DNA from: an uncultured virus (IMG/VR IMGVR_UViG_3300025417_000001)
Taxonomy: Duplodnaviria > Heunggongvirae > Uroviricota > Caudoviricetes
Length of the DNA stretch: 64,000 nucleotides
Virus record (IMG/VR): IMGVR_UViG_3300025417_000001
Strand: one strand, 5' to 3'
Shown here: positions 45,108-55,234 of the stretch, in pieces
How positions within the stretch are numbered: position 1 is the first letter of the stretch
Layout: each line of letters opens with the position of its first letter
The notes under the pieces: generated by a model
What the model saw: only the letters and a program-made list of their open reading frames with translations
What the model was told of the DNA's origin: nothing
Database searches by the model: none
Made by a program: the position numbers and the translations under genes

Positions 45108-45456
45108 TCAGTCCTACTCCCATCCATACTGGAAAATTAGGGTCTCCAGCTATAAACATCACCCAAACTTTTTGTCCTACTTTTGGCACCTTTATATGGT
45201 CAGAGTGCGATGCATCTAATGTAACTGTGTGGGTATGGGCAGATAATCCTGACAAAGCGCTGCTACTAGTGATCACATCTGTATGCGCATCATGGGTTGA
45301 GTTGTCTGTAACAGGTAAGCATGCAGCCGACCAGTTAGTTTCATAATCTCCCAAAACCTGTGGTACTTTTAATTTAATCTTGTATAGATTGTCTGGGTCT
45401 TCGTTGTTAGTACAAAGACCTTCGTAGATGCCATAAAATCTTTTATCGTACGTCAT
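45100..45456 (-). CDS. gp5/VgrG OB-fold spike protein
   Basis: DPDNLYKIKLKVP; PKVGQKVWVMFIAGD..FPVWMG. Confidence 0.88.
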   Translation of the reverse strand: MTYDKRFYGIYEGLCTNNEDPDNLYKIKLKVPQVLGDYETNWSAACLPVTDNSTHDAHTDVITSSSALSGLSAHTHTVTLDASHSDHIKVPKVGQKVWVMFIAGDPNFPVWMGVGLNE

Positions 45457-46784
45457 AGGATACCTGGTGTCTTATTTAGTAATCTTTTTGTTTGAGAACT
45501 TGTACTTTTATTTGGTTGTTGTACAGGGTTAAGGGTAGCAGTTGCTGTTTTCCATACAGGACTGCTTAAATTACTTTTAGCTCTGTTTTTTACTTTTCCA
45601 AAAGAACCTTTATTTTGTGGACCAAGGTTTGGTGCCACTTTAACTATTCTGGTTTTAGGAACAATATTTGTTTGGCGAACCCCTGGGATTATGGTCCTTG
45701 ACCTTGTTGCGTTTGGAGTTTGTATAGCTTTACCATTGTTATAGGCAGTATTAGGTCCTAATGAATCTGAACCCAAATAAAGCATTGTTGTGTACTTATG
45801 ACTATTTCTTTTCTCTTCAACAACGACATGTTGAGTTCCAAGTATTGTCCAATACCCCGAATAAATAGAACCGACTCCTTCTAAATAAACTGGAAGGTCT
45901 GGGCGTAAAGAAGGGTCTCCAGCCACTTCAGCTACTGCCCTATAAGGGAACTGACTTCTATTCTCCGCAGCTTCAGACTCGTATTGAGCAATCAACGGAT
46001 TAGTGGCTACAACACTTGTATCGTATTTATCAAAAAACTCACGAGAATATTTTAATTTAGTATTTTTATTAGGTTTTTGAGAAGTAGAAGAAATGCTGCT
46101 ATTTGTTGTTGAATCAAAACCAGAAATAGCAATGGCTGCCTTACTATCCCCGTCATAGTCCAATGATTCACTTATAGTAGGAGAAAAAGAATAAATACTA
46201 GAACCGTTTGGATCATTAGCATCTCGCATTACAAACAAAGGAGCTTCACTTTTTTTATTTTCATACTCATAAAGAAGTGGTTGAAAGTAAATTTCAGTAT
46301 TTTCAGTGCGTAAGCTATAACCAGACTGTTTAGCTAGTCTTACCATTATTTCCCAATCAGTGTGCCCAGCTTGGGCTACTTGATCGTAGATACGTGGGTG
46401 AGGTATTGTAAATGCTACAAATCCATTAGCATTAGCTATGTTTTGGATTATTCCATCGGCTGAAAGATTAGTCCATACTTTTTGAGATTGATTTTTTAAC
46501 AGCATAGATGAACTTAAAACTACAACTTCAGTTAAAAATGAACCAGGTTCCCGATCTACATTGACATGGTGGACATACCCATAAAAGGTTCTAGCTTTTC
46601 CAGAATCATTTAAAGTAAATGTTACTGGAGAGCCTGTTTGAACAGCGTCGTATTCAACACCCCAATCTCTAAATTGAAGCACAGCAATTTCGTGCTCATA
46701 TCTAGTTTGATATAAATTTAAAGAATACACATAGGCTGGGGGCGTTGATGTGTTAGGAAAATCAGCTATTACGTAATTAAACAT
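45453..46784 (-). CDS. baseplate hub (gpD-like)
   Basis: QAGHTDWEIMVRLAK; GYWTI..TQH. Confidence 0.75.
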   Translation of the reverse strand: MFNYVIADFPNTSTPPAYVYSLNLYQTRYEHEIAVLQFRDWGVEYDAVQTGSPVTFTLNDSGKARTFYGYVHHVNVDREPGSFLTEVVVLSSSMLLKNQSQKVWTNLSADGIIQNIANANGFVAFTIPHPRIYDQVAQAGHTDWEIMVRLAKQSGYSLRTENTEIYFQPLLYEYENKKSEAPLFVMRDANDPNGSSIYSFSPTISESLDYDGDSKAAIAISGFDSTTNSSISSTSQKPNKNTKLKYSREFFDKYDTSVVATNPLIAQYESEAAENRSQFPYRAVAEVAGDPSLRPDLPVYLEGVGSIYSGYWTILGTQHVVVEEKRNSHKYTTMLYLGSDSLGPNTAYNNGKAIQTPNATRSRTIIPGVRQTNIVPKTRIVKVAPNLGPQNKGSFGKVKNRAKSNLSSPVWKTATATLNPVQQPNKSTSSQTKRLLNKTPGIL

Positions 46785-47058
46785 TTGGTATCTTTAATAT
46801 TGTTCCAGTAGGTATATTTGTAAAATCTGTTATTTGTGGATTGTATTCAGGAATTAACCACCAGGCCTGTGGATTTTTATAATATTTAGCCGCTATTTGT
46901 TCAAGACGTTCGCCTTGAATATAGGTGTGTTCGTAGTACGTAACTTTACCTATATCAGTAAATTCATAAAATACAATAGGATTTGCATCACCGTTTAATT
47001 TTGTAGAAACAAAATCAATTACAGAATATTCATACCTAGAACCTTTGTATATAGTCAT
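46777..47058 (-). CDS. LysM/tail X-like baseplate protein
   Basis: GERLEQIAAKYY...WW.I...NP...G.ILKIP. Confidence 0.8.
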   Translation of the reverse strand: MTIYKGSRYEYSVIDFVSTKLNGDANPIVFYEFTDIGKVTYYEHTYIQGERLEQIAAKYYKNPQAWWLIPEYNPQITDFTNIPTGTILKIPNV

Positions 47059-47060
47059 AA

Positions 47061-48284
47061 TTAGTTCTTACTCGTTAGGGCTACACGTGAGAAGCCGTTG
47101 AAGGTTACTGTTACTTCACTATGGATAGGGATCATATCTTCTGTAAACATGGTGTGGTTTACATTAAGGCTTTCAATCCAACCCACATAAGACAAGCTAT
47201 CTGGATTTGGTCCAAGTTTTAAAGCAATAGCTGTTGGGGATAAAAAGGCAAGGTCTGCAGTTTGTCGTCCTAAGCCATTTGTCCATACTTTTCCTTTTTG
47301 ACCAGAACCATTAATCATTTTATAAATATATTCAATATCCGCCATTGTTCCCATAGTCATCAAAGCATTAAGCTGATCAGCTGGGTCTTCTTTAGGATTA
47401 GGATTTGAAGGATATCCATTTGTATAGTATTGAGACGCGGCATCAGCTAAAACGTTTTTAGTAATATTTAAAGAACTTGCTGTTGTGGAGTAATATGCAA
47501 ATAAACCTCTTAAAAACGCAAAATCGTTTACTCTATCAATTGTTATAGTAAATTGAATTGATTCCATTGCAGTAAACAACCCGTTTAAAGGCGCATGTTT
47601 ATCTAAAAGACTTGGTACTACGTTTGAATTTCTGGTTAAAACAGTTTGAAATGTTTGAGGATTCCATAAAAATTGAAAACCCCAATAGTTATCTTGTGGG
47701 GTAGTCTTGTAAACATCAGTGGCCGTTGTTTGAGAGGCGGTTGATCCAGCAGTATTAGCTCCAAGTAGAATGCCAGCATCTGTTGTATCCGCTCCTCCGT
47801 AATACCACATAATAGCTCTGCGTTTACTGTGATCTACTGAATTACTATTTACATAGTTTGATGTATCTAAATTAGAAGGGTTTACAGGCAAACTCCATTG
47901 ATGTGGCGGTAAATTAAATTTCATTAAATTTGGGCTTACATATTGTACTGAAGTGTCTCCACTTGAACCAGAACCTTTACCTGATCCTTTTGAACTAGGT
48001 TTTACTTGTTTTTCACGTTCACGATACGCTATTACATATGCACCAGAACCATATGTAGGAATTGCATCTGCATGTACTTGTTGATACGATTTTCCTTTTT
48101 TAGCGGCATCAATATAGCCAGCCCACGCAGGGTTTACGTAATTTGTATCAGGTTTTAATGTTGGAAGCGTGGCTTTTTTATAGGTGTTTCCTTGCCCAGT
48201 TACACCAGCCCATGCAGGATTACTCCAACCCGTGCTAGTTCCAGCAGCGGCGCCTTTTCCTGATTTTAAAGGTTTTGATGTCAT
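47061..48284 (-). CDS. tube initiator / baseplate protein
   Basis: FQFLWNP motif; position after tape measure. Confidence 0.6.
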   Translation of the reverse strand: MTSKPLKSGKGAAAGTSTGWSNPAWAGVTGQGNTYKKATLPTLKPDTNYVNPAWAGYIDAAKKGKSYQQVHADAIPTYGSGAYVIAYREREKQVKPSSKGSGKGSGSSGDTSVQYVSPNLMKFNLPPHQWSLPVNPSNLDTSNYVNSNSVDHSKRRAIMWYYGGADTTDAGILLGANTAGSTASQTTATDVYKTTPQDNYWGFQFLWNPQTFQTVLTRNSNVVPSLLDKHAPLNGLFTAMESIQFTITIDRVNDFAFLRGLFAYYSTTASSLNITKNVLADAASQYYTNGYPSNPNPKEDPADQLNALMTMGTMADIEYIYKMINGSGQKGKVWTNGLGRQTADLAFLSPTAIALKLGPNPDSLSYVGWIESLNVNHTMFTEDMIPIHSEVTVTFNGFSRVALTSKN

Positions 48285-48285
48285 A

Positions 48286-50376
48286 TTAGCTCTTACCTAG
48301 ATTCTTAATTGCGGATGAAACAGCGGCACCAGTTTTGGTAGGGTCCTTGGCAGCTACTATCTGTATGGTAACTCCACCAAGATTATAGTTGTAGTTAGCA
48401 CCACTAAGGCCACCACCAACACCACCAGCAGCTACACCAAAAGCGGCAGCTTGTGCGGCTTGAAATCTAGCGGCTGCGGTAGCATCATTAATACTCATTG
48501 ACATAGCAGAACCACCACCAGCAGAGTAACCACCGCCAGCTATTCCAAGTTTTGCTGCTGTATTGGTCCAAGCATTACCCCACACAGTTCCACCATGAGA
48601 AATATCGTATGCAATTTTAGCGTTAATTTTTGGATCATAAAGGCTTTCAGGGCCTGTGTATCCAATAGATGCATAGTCTTTTAGATATTGTGCATTTCTT
48701 TGTCTTCCCAAATCACCAATCATGTTTATTTGGAAAAGACCTTGCGAATAATCACCAGTGGCAGAGTTTTGGTTTAATGCTTTAGGACGACCACCAGATT
48801 CCATACGAGAAACTTGAAATGCTGTGTCTAAGCTACTACCTTTAAATCCTGCTGCTTTAAGTACATTTTTTAATTGGTCATCTGATAATGCTGTTTTAGA
48901 ACCAGATGCTCCATAAGAAGAAACCCCACCGCCATCAGCTTTAAACATACTATTAGGTAGCACAGTTCCATCTGTTTTAGGAATAAACAGCTCTGGTCCT
49001 TTTTCACCAACAACATATGGCATTGACTTGTCAGCTGGTCCACCTTCAGCTAAAAATCCAGCAAGTAAAAATGGCAATATCTTTTCCACTATAGCTGGCA
49101 TTTCTTTACCAAAGATAGATGATGTTCCACCTTTAAGTAGGGAACTTAGTCCAAAACCGCCACCAAGTTTTAAAGCTGAGCCCATAGCTCCATTACCAAG
49201 CCCTGTTACTCCTGATAAGAACCCTTTACCACCACCTAGCACAGCTGTTAAATCACTCATAGCAGAGGCTAAGTTATTCATACCAGTGCCAATGTCAGCC
49301 GCTCCAGCGTAGCCACCAGCGGTAGTTGCGGCTGTGGAAACAAGAGTCCCAGTTGCAGCGGCATTTTGACTAGCAATGTTTCTAACGGTTGCTGATTGAA
49401 TTCCAGCCTTAACCATTTCAGAGGTTGTTATATTACCTAATGGCTTTCCACCAAAACTTGCTTTTGCAAGAAGTGCATCAGAAACCATTTTAATCATAAC
49501 TGGGTCTCCATTAAAGAGGCCGTTTAACATGTTATAAATACCGTAGCCAGGTTGCATAGAGTATTGAAGCGACTGCTTATCCATACCTTGGCCGTTGCTA
49601 TTGCGGCTAATAAAAGCCCAAATCTTGTCTACCATCTGCGGGAATGGAAGCATTGTTCCATCAGATTGACGGATGTTAATACCAATTGTGCGGGCAAGGT
49701 TAACGGTATTAGCAGAGTTCATAGTTCCACCAATGGCGGAAGTTGCTTCAGTAATACCTATACCTGGGGTTATTTGAGAAGCTGTAGCTGCTCCTTGCAT
49801 AACTTGATTGAGATTACCAACACCAGTAAGCCCTGTGCTCTGAGCCATAAGTAAAGCTCTGGTGGTATCCATATTATTTAAAGCAAAACCTTGCTTAGCA
49901 AGTTGCTTCTGCAGTGAATTTACTGCTGCTGGGTTTCCCCCACCTATTCCATAAAATGCGGCGCGTTGGGTTAAGAAATCTTGTTCAACCGCGGTTGGTA
50001 CGCTAGGCATAGCGTTGCTAGCAATTTTGGCAAGAGGTATGGCTGCAGACGCGTACATAGCAGACCTAGAACGACCATTGTCCGCAATTACGTTATCGTT
50101 GCCACCACCGCCACCTGCTCCTCCGCCACCAGTAGATGGTACGTCAGTGGCGCCTTGAGATATTTTTTGAGAAGCTTGAGAGCTTAGAGGTCGTCCGTTT
50201 CTATCAACTAGACCACCAAAGGCATTAGCGCTCCCGTTAAGGAGCGTTGCCATTTTTTGAATCTTTGGAAGTAAAGTATTTTCAATTACGTTGGCTAGGC
50301 CAAGTAAGTCGTTTTTAAGGTTGGTAACTGTACGAGACATGCCGCCTAGACTAAAGGCGGTTTTGATATCGTCCAT
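48286..50376 (-). CDS. tape measure protein with lytic transglycosylase-like domain
   Basis: Follows chaperone; VVGEKGPELF; ESGG...GLFQIN. Confidence 0.8.
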   Translation of the reverse strand: MDDIKTAFSLGGMSRTVTNLKNDLLGLANVIENTLLPKIQKMATLLNGSANAFGGLVDRNGRPLSSQASQKISQGATDVPSTGGGGAGGGGGNDNVIADNGRSRSAMYASAAIPLAKIASNAMPSVPTAVEQDFLTQRAAFYGIGGGNPAAVNSLQKQLAKQGFALNNMDTTRALLMAQSTGLTGVGNLNQVMQGAATASQITPGIGITEATSAIGGTMNSANTVNLARTIGINIRQSDGTMLPFPQMVDKIWAFISRNSNGQGMDKQSLQYSMQPGYGIYNMLNGLFNGDPVMIKMVSDALLAKASFGGKPLGNITTSEMVKAGIQSATVRNIASQNAAATGTLVSTAATTAGGYAGAADIGTGMNNLASAMSDLTAVLGGGKGFLSGVTGLGNGAMGSALKLGGGFGLSSLLKGGTSSIFGKEMPAIVEKILPFLLAGFLAEGGPADKSMPYVVGEKGPELFIPKTDGTVLPNSMFKADGGGVSSYGASGSKTALSDDQLKNVLKAAGFKGSSLDTAFQVSRMESGGRPKALNQNSATGDYSQGLFQINMIGDLGRQRNAQYLKDYASIGYTGPESLYDPKINAKIAYDISHGGTVWGNAWTNTAAKLGIAGGGYSAGGGSAMSMSINDATAAARFQAAQAAAFGVAAGGVGGGLSGANYNYNLGGVTIQIVAAKDPTKTGAAVSSAIKNLGKS

Positions 50377-50378
50377 TG

Positions 50379-50531
50379 TTACTTCCTACCTCTTCTACTT
50401 CGTTCTATCCAATTTAACCGTTCTCTAGCAGACATTGATTTAATGTCCGCTAAAGTCCATCCAGTAAAAGTCCTAGTTAGAATCTCGTACTGGTCAAGCA
50501 AGTTTTCATAATCTTTTTCGCTATACGCGAA
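50379..50531 (-). CDS. tail assembly chaperone C-terminal extension (frameshift product)
   Basis: +1 frame ORF overlapping chaperone end; WTLADIKSMSARERLNWI. Confidence 0.6.
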   Translation of the reverse strand, partial: FAYSEKDYENLLDQYEILTRTFTGWTLADIKSMSARERLNWIERSRRGRK

Positions 50532-51312
50532 ACAAATCAACAAGACTAAGTGGTAGAGCGATAAACTCACCACAAGCCTTGCAAGCCTTCTTCACCTCCC
50601 CAAGGCGTGGGCCTGGGTTACGTGAAATGATTTCTTCAACAATCTTTGAGCGGTCTTGCATTCCCAAAGAAAGAACAGTGCTTGCGCCCATTGATGGTTC
50701 ATCGTTTACAGCTAGTACACAACCTGCTAGAAGAATTGTGTTTAATTCTGCCGCGGTTTTATCAGCGTTCTCCAATAGTTTCTTTTGAGTAATACCTGTT
50801 GGAAGACCTACTGTGACATAGCCCTTCTTGGTCTTTACTCTCCATTCTCTATCAGAGATAGCATCATCTAGCTTCTTTACTGGTACATCATCTGTTAAAT
50901 CAATTGATACTTCTTGCTCTACCCCGCAGCTGCCGCATTGAGTCCCTAGTTCAATAGTTTCTCCAAAAGTAATCTTTCGGATGCCTACCAAAATAGCGTC
51001 ACGGTCACCAGATAGTAAGTTGTCAAGATCGGCTGAAGTAGCCTCTCTTGGTCCAATTTTTACCAAACCACGTTGTAGAAGAATGCTAAGAGCCTTACCT
51101 GTGGTTGATGCTTTAGCAATAGCTTCTTCATCAACACCGTTTAGTTCTCTTACCTCTACTGTAGTAACTAAAGCTCCGTTATCTACGAAGCCTCCTGGTA
51201 GTTGTACTTCAGGTCCTGAAGGAGCCTTGGTCGCTACGACCTGTGCAGGCTCCTCCATTGCCTTTTGTACATATTGATTTACTAGTTCTGCATCTGTAAT
51301 TGTTGTTGTCAC
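50521..51312 (-). CDS. tail assembly chaperone / gp26-like protein
   Basis: RELNGVDEE, DRDAIL, CxxC pairs; between tube and tape measure. Confidence 0.75.
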   Translation of the reverse strand: MTTTITDAELVNQYVQKAMEEPAQVVATKAPSGPEVQLPGGFVDNGALVTTVEVRELNGVDEEAIAKASTTGKALSILLQRGLVKIGPREATSADLDNLLSGDRDAILVGIRKITFGETIELGTQCGSCGVEQEVSIDLTDDVPVKKLDDAISDREWRVKTKKGYVTVGLPTGITQKKLLENADKTAAELNTILLAGCVLAVNDEPSMGASTVLSLGMQDRSKIVEEIISRNPGPRLGEVKKACKACGEFIALPLSLVDLFRV

Positions 51313-51337
51313 GTCTTGTTCTCCTATTAATTAGTTA

Positions 51338-52006
51338 TTAGTATAAGTTTTCGTTTGAAAGGTCGGTTGGTGTTCCATCCCCATTTACAAAGTAAGCAGA
51401 GATTCCTTCGTGAACTAGTTGCATTGTTTCAAATAGAAGTGCTCCATTTGTAGCATCTAGGTCAGTGTAGTTAAGAGAAGTAATCCAAGCGTTGTGAATT
51501 TTGAATTTCATCTTTGGAACATCTGCATTTGCATTTGTATTTGGGTGATCGTTAACGCTGATGACAATATCAACACGAAAGTTTCCACCAGAGAAACTTG
51601 GGGTCTTTGCTGCAAGAGCGTTATTTAGACCTGAACCTTGGGCTGCTGAGAAAAGGCCACGCATCCAAGCAAGAGCTTGGTCGTTTCCAAATAAAACTCC
51701 ACGGCTGAAAGTAACAGGTGTGAATGTTGTCATTCCTGGAATCTGGTGAACAGTGGTGTTGTAGCCACCTTCACGGTATTGAATGTTTTGAGTGTTAATG
51801 CTCAATCCACCAATGCTGCTGAAGCCGCCTACCCAACCAGTTGACTTACCTGCTGCTGGAGGTGTTACTGTGCCGTTAGCATCAGTAATACGACCATCAA
51901 ACACACTTCCTCCACCAGCTGCGGTAAAGGATGCGGTAAATCTAAACCCACGTAATGGGTCTGTTACCAGACTTGAGTTATATGTACTTAGGGTTGAACT
52001 TGCCAT
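51338..52006 (-). CDS. tail tube protein (T4 gp19-like)
   Basis: DPLRGFRF, YREGG, PG.T.F.PVTFSRG, L.HEG. Confidence 0.9.
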   Translation of the reverse strand: MASSTLSTYNSSLVTDPLRGFRFTASFTAAGGGSVFDGRITDANGTVTPPAAGKSTGWVGGFSSIGGLSINTQNIQYREGGYNTTVHQIPGMTTFTPVTFSRGVLFGNDQALAWMRGLFSAAQGSGLNNALAAKTPSFSGGNFRVDIVISVNDHPNTNANADVPKMKFKIHNAWITSLNYTDLDATNGALLFETMQLVHEGISAYFVNGDGTPTDLSNENLY

Positions 52007-52021
52007 TTTTACCTATCTCCT

Positions 52022-53527
52022 TTAAGCCACAGTGATGGTGGTTCCACCGCTGTATTGACCGATATTGATTACAACGAATTCAGCTGGACGTTGTAGAGCA
52101 ACACCAACTTGAATATTTACAATTCCATTATCAATAGCTGATTGTGGATTGTTTTCCGCATCAACCTTAACAAAGTAAGCCTGTGAAGGGTTACCACCTG
52201 TTAAGCCGCCTTGAGACCAAAATGATGTTAGGAATGCACTAACTGTTGCATTAATGCGTGACCATAGACGAGCATCGTTTGGCTCAAATACTGCGAATTG
52301 AGTTAAGTCCTTTAGAGACTTTTCCAAGTAGATTAGTGTACGACGAACTGGTACATAACGATCTACATAACCAGCTTTCAATGTACGAGCGCCCATAACA
52401 ACAATGCCTGAACCAGAGATATAACGAATTGCGTTAACTGGTGGGTTAGAGCTGTTTAGAGTATCAAGGTCTGAGTTTGTTAGTGGAGTTACTGAAACCG
52501 CACCAGCAAGACGAGCTTGAAGCCCAGCAGGAGCTTTGAATACTCCGCGTGAAGCGTCGGTAGCTGCATACAAACCTACAACAGCAGCGCCAGCTCCTAG
52601 AGTCTTAGTAGCGCCAGCAGGTGCTCCTACTCCAAGTGTTGGATCAGCAATTGTGATTTGTGGGTAATAAACAGCAGCTTCAGAGCTTGCTGTGTAGCTA
52701 GCAGCCAATGTTAGTTGGTTAGCAACTGTGTCATTAATACCATCAACCACAACAAAAACATCTCCGCGACCTGTTGCATATGAGATAGCAGCATTTACGG
52801 TTGTAGCGTCTGTGTATCCTGGGATGTTGAGAACCAAAGATTGTGCAATGGTGTCGTATAGAGGAAGTGCAGCTGTGATGGCTGTGCTATCAACTGTTGC
52901 TCCATCGGCACCTGTGCTTAGTGCTTGATTGGTAAGTGTTGATGGGTTCTTTGTAGAGCCCGTTGATGAAGAGGCTAGGTCTACTAGTGTGATGTAGTTA
53001 GAGTTGTTGTTTACAACTGAAAGCGCATAACGGCTGTCTGTTGAAACCATTGTAATGTCTGTCCATTGTTCAACAATGTTTGCTGAACTTGAACCACCTG
53101 AGTAAACAATTAGGTTAAAGTAACCTGTGGTTGTTGAGTTAGTAACGCTGATGTTTAGACCGTTACCCCATGTACCAACGTTAATGGCGCTAACCTTTAG
53201 CGTTGCTTGAGGAGAACCTGCGCGGTCATTTAAGCTGCGGGTAGCTGCGTTAGCTCCGCTTCCTGAAACACGGGTTACAAATGCTTGGCTTCCACCATTA
53301 GCAAAGAATAGGTAAACAGCTAGTGGAAGGTCATTTCCTGTGTTGGTGTTCCAAGAACCAAACTTTGAAACGTATTGGCTCCAAGAAGTAACTAGTGTTG
53401 GAACTTCTGGACCACGGTCGTTTGCTCCGATAAAAGCGGCGACAGTGTTTGATGAAGGACCAACTACTGGTGCGATAGGGTTTAGCGTTTCTTGAACGTA
53501 CACCCCTGGGCGTAGATATGCTGTCAT
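52022..53527 (-). CDS. tail sheath protein
   Basis: RPGVYVQE, GVFKAPA, YVPVRR, VFEPND, PAEFV. Confidence 0.95.
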   Translation of the reverse strand: MTAYLRPGVYVQETLNPIAPVVGPSSNTVAAFIGANDRGPEVPTLVTSWSQYVSKFGSWNTNTGNDLPLAVYLFFANGGSQAFVTRVSGSGANAATRSLNDRAGSPQATLKVSAINVGTWGNGLNISVTNSTTTGYFNLIVYSGGSSSANIVEQWTDITMVSTDSRYALSVVNNNSNYITLVDLASSSTGSTKNPSTLTNQALSTGADGATVDSTAITAALPLYDTIAQSLVLNIPGYTDATTVNAAISYATGRGDVFVVVDGINDTVANQLTLAASYTASSEAAVYYPQITIADPTLGVGAPAGATKTLGAGAAVVGLYAATDASRGVFKAPAGLQARLAGAVSVTPLTNSDLDTLNSSNPPVNAIRYISGSGIVVMGARTLKAGYVDRYVPVRRTLIYLEKSLKDLTQFAVFEPNDARLWSRINATVSAFLTSFWSQGGLTGGNPSQAYFVKVDAENNPQSAIDNGIVNIQVGVALQRPAEFVVINIGQYSGGTTITVA

Positions 53528-53565
53528 TTAATTGACTCCTTATATTTATACATAGTTTACGTTTA

Positions 53566-54192
53566 TTAGATCGGTATGTAGCCAGACGGGATATACGATG
53601 TAGTAGTGTTGATATGCACTTGCTCAACTAGCTTGGTAGCGGCTGCTGCCTGTTCAGGCGTCATTTCGCTAAGCACTCTAACTGATAGTACATTTCTTAA
53701 AAGACGACGGTTTCCAGTTTCACTGTCTACCGCATCTCTTTTTACAAAACCATCAAGAAACATGCTACGGCTACTTGTCTCAGTGCCCAGTTGATTAGGC
53801 ACTAATAGGTAACCGTATTTTGATGGAAATTTATTCATTAGTTGAAACATGATTGCGCGGTCATGTCGTGGGTGGCGGGAATAGGAAGTTATTTGATACA
53901 CAAGGTCATAGGCAACTGGGGTGATGTAGGTATAAGCTTGACCTGAAACAGGTGCAATAGTTCCGCGGTAATCTGAGTCTGTGTAATACCCATAGTTCTG
54001 ACGGTCGTTGCCAGGAACAATGTCAATTAAATCAATTGTTATAAATGGGAAGTCTTGGGTACGGATTTCAACATCAGGGTAACCAAACCACACTTTTACA
54101 ACGCGGTCTTGGTTCTTATCATCTTGAACAGTAACGCCTTGGGTGTGAGTCTTAAGGGCTAGGTCCTCAGCAACGATAAATGGATTCCCCAT
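53566..54192 (-). CDS. tail terminator/completion-like protein
   Basis: Position upstream of sheath; FPFITI, YQIT. Confidence 0.6.
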   Translation of the reverse strand: MGNPFIVAEDLALKTHTQGVTVQDDKNQDRVVKVWFGYPDVEIRTQDFPFITIDLIDIVPGNDRQNYGYYTDSDYRGTIAPVSGQAYTYITPVAYDLVYQITSYSRHPRHDRAIMFQLMNKFPSKYGYLLVPNQLGTETSSRSMFLDGFVKRDAVDSETGNRRLLRNVLSVRVLSEMTPEQAAAATKLVEQVHINTTTSYIPSGYIPI

Positions 54193-54530
54193 TAGATTAC
54201 CCCCATTTCTAATAGCATGCTTGGAAGTATCTTTTGTTCTAGGACTAATCCTATCATTCCAGGCGCGCGGAGAAGAAAGGGACGAATAGCAGCATTAGGC
54301 AAGCCATTAATGTCGCCATACTCTAGGTCTTCTATATCTTCTTTAACATCATCTGGATAGTCAACAAGAAGGTTGTAATCATTATCAAAAGTAACGCTCA
54401 TCTTCTGAACAAGGTGAGCAGGCCAACCTGAGTTATAGGCGGTCATACGAAGGTACTCAGTCAAAGGAACAATAAGTTCCTTAATAGACTTTTCAGTTAG
54501 AGATTCTAGGTTATCGTTTTTTAGTAGCAC
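54192..54530 (-). CDS. hypothetical (neck/tail completion?) protein
   Basis: LEYG...AIRPF. Confidence 0.55.
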   Translation of the reverse strand: MLLKNDNLESLTEKSIKELIVPLTEYLRMTAYNSGWPAHLVQKMSVTFDNDYNLLVDYPDDVKEDIEDLEYGDINGLPNAAIRPFLLRAPGMIGLVLEQKILPSMLLEMGVI

Positions 54531-54660
54531 TTCTAATAACCTCTGACGCTACATAAGCCGCTCCCAGCGATTTCAAGATGCTTTTATCCGATTCAGGAAT
54601 GTTCTGAACAATAGCTTTGGCGAACTCAATATCTGAGGGCCTATCTATTCTTTCCGCCAT
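54511..54660 (-). CDS. small hypothetical protein (49 aa)
   Basis: MAERIDRPSDIEFAK...; RBS aggag. Confidence 0.6.
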   Translation of the reverse strand: MAERIDRPSDIEFAKAIVQNIPESDKSILKSLGAAYVASEVIRSATKKR

Positions 54661-54740
54661 GGATAATCTCCTAGGGAGTAGCAATGTAAAACGCAGGGGT
54701 TGTGCTTAGTTTCCCGCATGGAAACTAATATAAGGATAAA

Positions 54741-54766
54741 GCAAAAAGCCCCACAGAGTGGGGCTT
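54741..54766 (-). terminator. intrinsic terminator
   Basis: aagccccac/gtggggctt stem with T tract. Confidence 0.8.
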
Positions 54767-54780
54767 AATGTTTAAGTCTT

Positions 54781-54987
54781 TTACTTCTTTTTGATCCGCT
54801 TTGCTAATGCTTTATCCATCTTGGCATCCGCCTTAGCTGATGGCTTTTTCTTATCCATCTTCTTATCAGCCTTTTCAAAAGCTGCCTTTTGCTTTGGAGT
54901 CATACCCTTCATCACTTTGGCATCTTGCTTCTTATCGGCCTTCATTGACATAGGTCCTTTTTTACCGCATCCGCAGGTTGCACACAT
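54781..54987 (-). CDS. small Lys-rich protein with MCATCGC N-terminus
   Basis: ORF track. Confidence 0.7.
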   Translation of the reverse strand: MCATCGCGKKGPMSMKADKKQDAKVMKGMTPKQKAAFEKADKKMDKKKPSAKADAKMDKALAKRIKKK

Positions 54988-54989
54988 AG

Positions 54990-55130
54990 TTACATCCCCT
55001 TCTTACGGTTCATTGACATCTTCTTGCCTTTAGCTCCCTTAAGAGCTTTGAAATCAGCGCCTGTAATCTTGTTAGTAGGTGCTGCAGCGCCTGCAATTTT
55101 CTTTTGCTTTGGTGATAGTTCTTTAGCCAT
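54990..55130 (-). CDS. small basic protein (46 aa)
   Basis: MAKELSPKQKKIA...KITGADFKALK. Confidence 0.65.
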   Translation of the reverse strand: MAKELSPKQKKIAGAAAPTNKITGADFKALKGAKGKKMSMNRKKGM

Positions 55131-55234
55131 TACTTAGTCTTCTTTGCACGAGCAGCTTTGCAAGTTGCACAAGTGCACTTACAGCCCTTTGCTGGCTTTC
55201 CTGGCTTGCATCCGCATCCACATTTAGCGCACAT
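55130..55234 (-). CDS. metallothionein-like Cys/Lys-rich peptide (34 aa)
   Basis: MCAKCGCGCKPGKPAKGCKCTCATCKAARAKKTK; RBS aaggag; TAATG coupling on both sides. Confidence 0.65.
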   Translation of the reverse strand: MCAKCGCGCKPGKPAKGCKCTCATCKAARAKKTK

